Source of the DNA: Candidatus Iainarchaeum sp.
Lineage (GTDB): Archaea; Iainarchaeota; Iainarchaeia; Iainarchaeales; CSSED10-239
Direction: 5' to 3'
DNA: 6,858 nt
NCBI GenBank assembly: GCA_003559395.1
Contig: PWLL01000032.1
Span: forward strand, 1-6,858
Shown: positions 1 to 5,302 of the stretch, in pieces
Position numbering within the stretch: position 1 is the stretch's first letter
How the letters are laid out: each line of letters starts with the position of its first letter
Position numbers and translations under genes: made by a program
The notes under the pieces: model-generated
What the model was told of the DNA's origin: nothing
Seen by the model: the letters and a program-made list of their open reading frames with translations, nothing else
Database searches by the model: none

Positions 1-335
1 ATAGTTTCTTTAAATCGTCCAACAATTCGAACATCTTCTTCTTGAACATCTTTTCCTATAATCGTAATTGTTGGATTTACAAAGTCTATCTTTGATTTAT
101 TATCTACATAAAACCTTATTTCTTTTGTTAAGGAGTTAATACTAACGTTTTTTAAAAGAAATTCTGCATCCATACAATCTATAGCACTAGAAGTTCTTCT
201 AGTTTCTCTTTCTGCATCTCCTAAAAAATCTAAGGTTATTTCGCTTCCCCAACTAAGATAAATCCCCACCAATATAGATGCGACTAACACTAACAAAACA
301 ATTCCTATTATCGGCGATATTCCTTTTTTGCTCAT
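1..335 (-). CDS. Archaeal type IV pilin-like protein (class III signal peptide, Pilin_N/DUF1628-type N-terminus). The 5' end is complete and the 3' end runs off the window.
   Basis: This ORF is not in the supplied track because it is truncated by the window edge. My translation from the ATG at 335-333 (minus strand) is MSKKGISPIIGIVLLVLVASILVGIYLSWGSEITLDFLGDAERETRRTSSAIDCMDAEFLLKNVSINSLTKEIRFYVDNKSKIDFVNPTITIIGKDVQEEDVRIVGRFKET... It has 111 codons with no stop. A short basic leader (KKG) followed by ISPIIG and about 20 hydrophobic residues is the canonical archaeal prepilin/prearchaellin processing motif, with predicted cleavage after G5. There is no Glu at +5, so it is not bacterial type IVa or Flp-like. 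It lies 13 nt downstream of the DUF192 gene on the same strand. Confidence 0.8.
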   Translation of the reverse strand, partial: MSKKGISPIIGIVLLVLVASILVGIYLSWGSEITLDFLGDAERETRRTSSAIDCMDAEFLLKNVSINSLTKEIRFYVDNKSKIDFVNPTITIIGKDVQEEDVRIVGRFKET

Positions 336-348
336 ATTTCTTCTTATT

Positions 349-699
349 TTAAAACCACTCAATCACATCTTTTGTTTCTATAGAATCTATTTTTATTTTG
401 TTTGACAACTCAATAACATATCTTGCTTTTTTCTTTGGAGTATACATACAAAATGGTTTAAAGTTTTTTTTAATATCTACAATTTCTTTTTCTGCATTCA
501 AAAACAAAACATTTATTTTAATAAATACAAAAAACATATGTAGGGTTGCTCTTTCTTTACTTTCTGTTTTTAGATCAAATATCAACCCATAGTCAATATC
601 TTTAAACCTAAACATTAGTCCAAGTCCTCTTTTTAAAAAATTATCTGCTATTTTCTTTTTTTCAACAATAGTTTTGTTTTTAGTTTTATTAACAATCAT
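349..699 (-). CDS. DUF192 (COG1430) family protein of unknown function
   Basis: ATG at 699, TAA at 349-351, 116 aa. The sequence matches the DUF192 pattern by eye: KIADNFLKRGLGLMFR, then GLIF, then LHMFFVFIKINVLFLN(AEKEIVDI), then KPF, then ARYVIEL, then I(ETKDVIEW). This corresponds to the conserved A-x-t-x(3)-r-x-rGLM, hM-x-f-x(2)-piDvvFld, Pw, yvLEl and Gd-x-v blocks. No N-terminal signal peptide or TM segment is visible. Confidence 0.75.
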   Translation of the reverse strand: MIVNKTKNKTIVEKKKIADNFLKRGLGLMFRFKDIDYGLIFDLKTESKERATLHMFFVFIKINVLFLNAEKEIVDIKKNFKPFCMYTPKKKARYVIELSNKIKIDSIETKDVIEWF

Positions 700-702
700 A
701 TT

Positions 703-1827
703 TTATCTACTAATCCTATAATATATTATAAATTCTGTGTTTCTTTTTTCTATCTCAAAATCAAAAAAATGAATACTTTCTAAAATAATCGTATATTTTG
801 CACATTCTAGCCCACAAGCTTTTTCTTCTTCTTTTATAAAGTGGATCATCGTTGCGCCTGTTTCTTCCATAATCTCTCTAGAACTTATTGATTTTATTCC
901 AATTGTTCTTTCTATAGTTAGGGTTTGATCTTCAATATCTTTAAGATACGCTACTCCATCAACAAGTATTTCTGTGGCGTCTGGTTTTGGTGTAAAGGTT
1001 TGAAACAATATCACTGTTATTATGAAAAATATTGTTGCGTATTTAAAAAAATACAAGGGTTTTCTTTGTTTTATAACACACATAACAAATGATGTAAACA
1101 ACGACAACAACAAAGAGATATATAACAAAAAGTTATTAATAAACAGTCTTGTGATTGATTCTGCTGTATAGAACCACAAAAACTGTCTAGATATTATAAA
1201 GTCAATATACAATAACATAAAAACAAACACAAAATAAAAGATAATAGACAAAAGGAAAAGATTTTCAAAATATTTCTCTGTACTTTTTTCTGATTTAAAT
1301 ATGCTTGTATCTTTTGATAGGTTTATTAGTATTCTATCATATGAGACAGAGGTGTTTTTTAGGACATCTAACAAAGATAAACAATGATCAATAATCTTAC
1401 TTTGAATATTTTCGTTCATTGCTTTTAAAGAGTCTTCAAGGGTTTCTCCCCATGAGACTTTGTTGGCTAGTTTTTTTATGTCTCTGTTAATACTTCCATA
1501 AAAGTTTGATTCTGATAAATTTGTTAAAGCAACACCAATGTTGTTTGTTTTTTTATATTCTCTTCCAAGGTCTGCTAAAAAATAACTAAACTCACTTTCG
1601 ATTGTTTTTTTCTTATCATTCTTTATTAAGTATTCAATAATAAATCCAAGACTTCCAACAACTAAACCAAAGAAAAACAAAAAATAGTAAATATTGCTTT
1701 GATAAAACAAATTATTTGCTATAGCTATAATTAACAAACCAGATAGGATTCCTGAAAACTCAAGAATCTGATATTCGTTTTTGTAAAAAAACAAATCTAT
1801 TTTTTTATATGTTTTTTTTGGTTTCAT
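703..1827 (-). CDS. Type IV pilus platform membrane protein with a single T2SSF-like domain (TadC/FlaJ-half-like) and an extra ~96-aa C-terminal soluble domain
   Basis: ATG at 1827, TAA at 703-705, 374 aa. By eye it has two N-terminal TM segments (ILEFSGILSGLLIIAIANNLF and YYFLFFFGLVVGSLGFIIEYLI). A ~115-aa helical soluble block follows, whose pattern resembles the T2SSF/GspF repeat (IESEFSYFLADLGREYKKTNNIGVALTNLSE...INRDIKKLANKVSWGETLEDSLKAMNEN...). Three hydrophobic segments come next, then a non-hydrophobic C-terminal tail (nt 706..993) containing CGLEC. It sits directly after the other platform-like gene and the ATPase homolog. The family assignment rests on pattern and context only. Confidence 0.6.
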   Translation of the reverse strand: MKPKKTYKKIDLFFYKNEYQILEFSGILSGLLIIAIANNLFYQSNIYYFLFFFGLVVGSLGFIIEYLIKNDKKKTIESEFSYFLADLGREYKKTNNIGVALTNLSESNFYGSINRDIKKLANKVSWGETLEDSLKAMNENIQSKIIDHCLSLLDVLKNTSVSYDRILINLSKDTSIFKSEKSTEKYFENLFLLSIIFYFVFVFMLLYIDFIISRQFLWFYTAESITRLFINNFLLYISLLLSLFTSFVMCVIKQRKPLYFFKYATIFFIITVILFQTFTPKPDATEILVDGVAYLKDIEDQTLTIERTIGIKSISSREIMEETGATMIHFIKEEEKACGLECAKYTIILESIHFFDFEIEKRNTEFIIYYRISR

Positions 1828-1835
1828 ATTCGTTT

Positions 1836-2675
1836 CTATTTATTTAATATTATAATTAACAAAACTTCCAACACAGGAAACAAAACAGCAATCACCATTA
1901 AGATTTGCCCAATCAACACTCCTTCTGACGCTATAAAAAACAAGCCTGACAATAGAAAAAAAACTATTAAAAACAAGAACATATTTACTTGAAAAAGAAT
2001 GTTTGTTTTTGCTTTTCTTTGTTCTTTTTCTTCTCTTATTGTTTGTTCTATATTTTCTAAAAATTCATCTAATATTTTTTGTAGGCTTTCTTTTTTGTCT
2101 ATAACGTCTATTAGTTTTCTGAAAAACTCGTTTTCTATTTCTGAGTATGTGCTTTTCCTCACATAATCTAAAGTGCTTCTTAGATTCTTGTTAAGGTCTG
2201 CCATTGACAAAACTCTTTTTGATTCTTTTGTTAAAAGGTCGTTAAAATCAAATTTCTGTAAGATCAACAAAACATCTTTAACAGTCATGTTTGGATCTTT
2301 CAAAACTTGTAGATGTTTTATGCTTTTTTGTATTTCTTGTTCTATTTTTTTTCTTTTGGCTATTATTGCATAGGTTGGATATTTATAGAACATTAAAAAA
2401 AACAAAGTTGTAAAGGTTAAAGATATAAAGATAGTTACTAAGAAACTAATTAGATCAAAATATATATTTACAAAAATTAATAAGAAGATTATTAAAAACT
2501 CAAACATAACAAAGAAAATAAACGACATTAACAAAGAGTTGGATAGATATGTGACTACGTCTTGATTGATTCCTGAGTTTTTTATTGATCTTTTTAGTCC
2601 TGATAACTTTGGTTCAAATAGCTTTACTATATCTCTAAAGAAAAACAATGCTATTTTTGTAAATATTTTATTCAT
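1836..2675 (-). CDS. Type IV pilus platform membrane protein with a single T2SSF-like domain (TadB/FlaJ-half-like)
   Basis: ATG at 2675, TAG at 1836-1838, 279 aa. The N-terminus (LKRSIKNSGINQDVVTYLSNSLLMS) resembles the FlaJ/TadB N-terminal L-x(2)-AGI-x(4)-Y motif. It is followed by 2 TM segments, a ~120-aa charged helical block (AKRKKIEQEIQKSIKHLQVL...TLDYVRKST...FFRKLIDVIDKKESLQKILDEF) and 2 C-terminal TM segments. Its start codon overlaps the ATPase-homolog stop by 8 nt (ATGAATAA). Confidence 0.6.
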   Translation of the reverse strand: MNKIFTKIALFFFRDIVKLFEPKLSGLKRSIKNSGINQDVVTYLSNSLLMSFIFFVMFEFLIIFLLIFVNIYFDLISFLVTIFISLTFTTLFFLMFYKYPTYAIIAKRKKIEQEIQKSIKHLQVLKDPNMTVKDVLLILQKFDFNDLLTKESKRVLSMADLNKNLRSTLDYVRKSTYSEIENEFFRKLIDVIDKKESLQKILDEFLENIEQTIREEKEQRKAKTNILFQVNMFLFLIVFFLLSGLFFIASEGVLIGQILMVIAVLFPVLEVLLIIILNK

Positions 2676-5202
2676 TCTGATCTATGTTTAGTTTTTTAAG
2701 AAGTTTTTTAGGATCTTTTTGATAGTCATCTACTATGTTGTTAAAGTCTCTATAATCGTCTATGTCTGTTTTTTGCATCCAATAAAGAACTTCTTTTTTG
2801 TTTTTATAGTCTACTATGTCTATATTTGAGGATAGTAGATTTATTCTAAATCCTAGATTATCTTCGTTTAGTTTAAGGATATTATATTCTTTTCCTTTCA
2901 CATATTCGTTTATTTCTTCTATTTGTATTTGTTCTTGTTTTCCAAGATTTATTCTTTTTAGATTTATGACAATTGTTTTTTGTCCTATTAGTTTCATTTT
3001 TTCTATAATTGAGGAGAATATCTTCAAATCTGCTGTTAAAAGATTAATATTATACCATGTTGATTCAAAAAACTCTTCTATAAAGTTATCCACAATAATG
3101 TAGTCTGGTTTTTCTGCTATACTTTGATCAAGAATAGTTTTTAGTTCTATTTCACTTGTTCTATCTGATTTTCTTCTAATCCATTTTTTTTGTGGAAGTT
3201 TTAGGTTGTCGTGTGTTTGTATTGTTATTATTTCTTTATCTGGATATAATAAGGAAATTCCATTTAACATAATAGATTTGTCACAGTTTCCAGTTATGAT
3301 TATATGGTAGTCTTTTGCTATTGCTGACCAAATATAAGAGTAAATATCAATGGTACCTATTCCTAAGTTTACTAGAGAGATAGGACACAAAGGTTTATCT
3401 AAAAATTTCTTAATAACAAATGAAGAGCCTTTACTGCTTATATCTCCAACAGAATAAAGTCCTTCTAATTTATATCCATTAGGAAGGTATCCATCAATTA
3501 CTGGATGGTTTGAATTTATATAAAGCCCCATAGTTTTTGTTAAACCAAGCACAAACACATTTAACTTTGGCACATCTTCAAAAAACAAGTTTGTTTCTAT
3601 CATTCCGTATTTAATATGATATACGTTTATTGGTGTTCCTGCGCCCATACAGTTTACTTCTATTATGTTTTCATCTCTTAGTACGTTTGCTAAAAACCCA
3701 AGCCCAGTAAAGTCATTTTCTATAAACAAAAGATAGAGTTTTTTGTCTAGTGATGAGATTGGTGAAGAGATCTTATCTATTGATAGGTCATATATTTTAG
3801 AGATGTAGTTTTTAATTTCTTGCGAATCTCCTTTAAATGAGAAAAAGTTTTGATCAATGGAATCTAGAAAGATTTCTTTTATTTCTTGGTATATTTTGTC
3901 TTGTTCTGGTGTTAGTTTTGGTTGAACAATATTATAGAATAATCTATTTTCTTTATATGAGATTGTTACAAACGTAAAATCATTAATACTGTATTTATCA
4001 TAAACATTTGTTAGATCTTTTTTTCTCTTAGCCACATCGATAGTATAAACTAGATGTCCTATATCTTGTTGTTCTTTGTTTCTATCTGAGATAAAGGTTG
4101 TGGTTCTCATTGTTCTTGGTGTTTCTGTTTTGTTTTTTGTATTATCATCTATTGGTCTTACATATTCAAAAGTATCCTCTTTTGGTTCTTTTTCTTTTAC
4201 ATCTTTTATTTTTGGTTGTTCTTTTGGTTGTTCAACAACAATCGTTTTTTGTTCTATATTTCTTGGTTTTTCATCAATTTTTTTTATATTTTCTTTTACG
4301 TATGGATTAACATCCACTCCTTTTCCTGTATCTACCATAACTGGAATCGGTTCTTCTTTTTCTTCGGATTTTTGTTCTTGACTTAAAAAGTCTTCATCTT
4401 CATAGTTTATTAAGTTAGTATAATCTTTAAGAGAAATAATATCAGGCACATCAATTTCTTCAATAATTCCTAAGGTTTTTTTATTATCTAGTTTTTTAGT
4501 TTTATTATCTAGTTTTTTATTTTTATTTTCTTGTTTCTTATCATCTTTTGAAAAGGAATCTATTTTTGAGTAGAGGTTTTGTATTTTATAGTTTTTTAGT
4601 TTTATTCTTTTTACAGTTGGTTCATCTTCTAAAAAAGAAAAGGTTTCTATTGCTGGTTCTGTATCTTTGGATATTTGGTCTGTTCTTTCTGAAAGCTCGT
4701 CCAGCATATCGTCTATAGTGTTTAGTTTTGGTGATTTATTTTCTTCTGTTGTTGGTTTTAGAGTTTGTGTTTTTGGTTCTTTTTTTCTTAAACTTTCTGA
4801 AAGCTTTGGTTCTTTTTTCTTCAAAGTTTTTTTAAAAGATTTTTCGGTTTTTGGTTTTGTTTCAGGGTCTTTTTTTCTAAAACTTTCTGAAGGCTTTGGT
4901 TCTTTTTTCTTCAAAGTTTTTTTAAAAGATTTTTCGGTTTTTGGTTTTGTTTCAGGTTCTTTTTTTCTAAAACTTTCTGAAGGCTTTTTTTCTGAGTCTA
5001 TTTTTTTTAAAGGCTTTAACTTTTTTAAAGAATAGTTTTTTGGCACATATTTTTCTAATGGTTTTTCTTTATATTCAACATTTATTTTTTCTAGTCTTCT
5101 GTTCTTGTTTTTTGGCACATTGACATCTAAACTAGTCTCATGACTGTTTGATTCTTTTTTTTCTGAAAACTTTGTTAGTTTTTTTAGAACCATCTTTTTC
5201 AA
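2668..5202 (-). CDS. FlaI/PilB/GspE-family (T2SSE) secretion-ATPase homolog with degenerate catalytic motifs and a ~370-aa low-complexity repeat-bearing N-terminal extension. It is a probable pseudo-ATPase.
   Basis: 844-codon open frame in very AT-rich DNA, which is highly non-random. The track start at 5202 is a TTG (plus-strand caa at 5200-5202). The first ATG is 3 codons later at 5193 (MVLKKL...). Residues ~380-630 match the archaeal FlaI-type N-domain and linker well by eye: YNIVQPKLTPEQ (Y-x-V-EP-x-L), IIEVNCMGAGTPINVYHIKYGMIETNLFFED, LNVFVLGLTKTMGLYINSNHPVIDGYLPNGYKLEG, SSKGSSFVIKKF and PISLVNLGIGT. The C-terminal domain aligns to the ATPase core (IIITG..., KLPQKKWI, KPDYIIV...), but its motifs are degenerate (see findings). 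Stop TAA at 2668-2670. Confidence 0.85.
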   Translation of the reverse strand: MKKMVLKKLTKFSEKKESNSHETSLDVNVPKNKNRRLEKINVEYKEKPLEKYVPKNYSLKKLKPLKKIDSEKKPSESFRKKEPETKPKTEKSFKKTLKKKEPKPSESFRKKDPETKPKTEKSFKKTLKKKEPKLSESLRKKEPKTQTLKPTTEENKSPKLNTIDDMLDELSERTDQISKDTEPAIETFSFLEDEPTVKRIKLKNYKIQNLYSKIDSFSKDDKKQENKNKKLDNKTKKLDNKKTLGIIEEIDVPDIISLKDYTNLINYEDEDFLSQEQKSEEKEEPIPVMVDTGKGVDVNPYVKENIKKIDEKPRNIEQKTIVVEQPKEQPKIKDVKEKEPKEDTFEYVRPIDDNTKNKTETPRTMRTTTFISDRNKEQQDIGHLVYTIDVAKRKKDLTNVYDKYSINDFTFVTISYKENRLFYNIVQPKLTPEQDKIYQEIKEIFLDSIDQNFFSFKGDSQEIKNYISKIYDLSIDKISSPISSLDKKLYLLFIENDFTGLGFLANVLRDENIIEVNCMGAGTPINVYHIKYGMIETNLFFEDVPKLNVFVLGLTKTMGLYINSNHPVIDGYLPNGYKLEGLYSVGDISSKGSSFVIKKFLDKPLCPISLVNLGIGTIDIYSYIWSAIAKDYHIIITGNCDKSIMLNGISLLYPDKEIITIQTHDNLKLPQKKWIRRKSDRTSEIELKTILDQSIAEKPDYIIVDNFIEEFFESTWYNINLLTADLKIFSSIIEKMKLIGQKTIVINLKRINLGKQEQIQIEEINEYVKGKEYNILKLNEDNLGFRINLLSSNIDIVDYKNKKEVLYWMQKTDIDDYRDFNNIVDDYQKDPKKLLKKLNIDQNE
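4479..4527. repeat. Short tandem 21-bp repeat (~2.3 copies) in frame in the same N-terminal extension
   Basis: Positions 4479-4498 equal 4500-4519 at an offset of 21. There is a mismatch at 4499/4520, and the match then continues to about 4527. It encodes NKKLDNKTKKLDNKKT (a KKLDNK[TK] heptad). Confidence 0.8.
4775..4988. repeat. Tandem 90-bp direct repeat, ~2.4 copies, in frame inside the ATPase-homolog N-terminal extension
   Basis: Period 90 nt. The string aactttctga recurs at 4791, 4881 and 4971. Positions 4811-4860 are identical to 4901-4950 (50/50), and flanking positions differ by only a few substitutions. It encodes PSESFRKKEPETKPKTEKSFKKTLKKKEPK, then PSESFRKKDPETKPKTEKSFKKTLKKKEPK, then a partial LSESLRKKEPK. 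Confidence 0.95.
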
Positions 5203-5287
5203 ATTATATTTTACTATATATTACAAAAATATATTATAGTCTATAATAAAAATAAGTCCATTACATTTATAAATATATTTTATCTTG
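5203..5287 (-). promoter_or_regulatory. AT-rich spacer upstream of the ATPase-homolog operon. Probable promoter region with several TATA-like elements.
   Basis: Read on the minus strand, the spacer contains TTTATAAAT, TTATTATAG, CTATAATATAT and TAATATATAG. The last element (about 5212-5221) is centred roughly 25 nt upstream of the ATG at 5193, which is compatible with a leaderless or short-leader archaeal transcript. It cannot be told apart from background AT-richness by eye. Confidence 0.3.
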
Positions 5288-5301
5288 AAAAAACAAAAAA
5301 A
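5288..5301 (-). terminator. Oligo-T tract (T7-G-T6 on the minus strand) immediately after the peptidase stop codon. Candidate archaeal intrinsic terminator.
   Basis: The minus strand reads TAA-A-TTTTTTT-G-TTTTTT-C directly downstream of the stop at 5303-5305. Archaeal RNAP terminates at oligo-T runs. Such runs are common in this AT-rich DNA, so confidence is low. Confidence 0.35.
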
Positions 5302-5302
5302 T

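Noticed and set aside
1-335. Interpretation of the locus as a bacterial (for example CPR) Tad/Flp or type IVa pilus system
   Set aside because: The pilin N-terminus is KKG|ISPIIG with no Glu at +5 and no G|FTLIE or Flp G|xxxxEY motif. The ATPase homolog N-domain also resembles archaeal FlaI-type proteins. An archaeal origin is favoured, but it remains inference without phylogenetic placement.
398-592. Plus-strand 64-aa ORF
   Set aside because: It is antisense to the DUF192 gene, whose family motifs are clear on the minus strand.
2173-2373. Plus-strand 66-aa ORF
   Set aside because: It is antisense to the platform gene at 1836..2675 and shows no recognisable features.
2816-3103. Plus-strand 95-aa ORF
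   Set aside because: It is antisense to the conserved C-terminal domain of the ATPase homolog, which has clear family similarity on the minus strand.
4076-4381. Two overlapping plus-strand ORFs (4076..4381 and 4098..4310) that look like hydrophobic membrane peptides
   Set aside because: They are antisense to the lysine-rich region of the ATPase homolog. Poly-F/L/S/V is a compositional artefact of the T-rich plus strand. They also overlap each other in two frames, which is typical of shadow ORFs.
4775-4988. Possible CRISPR array, because of near-identical direct repeats
   Set aside because: The copies are contiguous with no spacers, the 90-nt period is a multiple of three, and they lie in frame within a long ORF. 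This is a coding tandem repeat, not a CRISPR array.
4667-5035. Plus-strand 122-aa ORF with a striking internal repeat (FFLKLSE.FGSFFFKVFLKDFSVFGFVSGS, twice or more)
   Set aside because: It is the antisense shadow of the 90-bp tandem repeat inside the 844-codon minus-strand gene. Its F/L/S/G-rich composition is what an A/G-rich Lys/Glu/Pro coding strand gives when read in reverse. It has no independent support.
5194-5202. The track's N-terminal MKK of the 844-aa ORF, and similarly the first 19 residues of the peptidase ORF at 6038..6094
   Set aside because: Both track starts are TTG codons (plus-strand caa). In-frame ATGs follow at 5193 and 6037 and give more typical N-termini. The TTG starts are kept only as alternatives.
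5203-5302. Specific BRE/TATA box and transcription start assignments in the two intergenic regions (5203..5302 and 6095..6178)
   Set aside because: Several TATA-like strings exist, but the background is so AT-rich that any single call would be arbitrary. They are reported only as low-confidence promoter regions.
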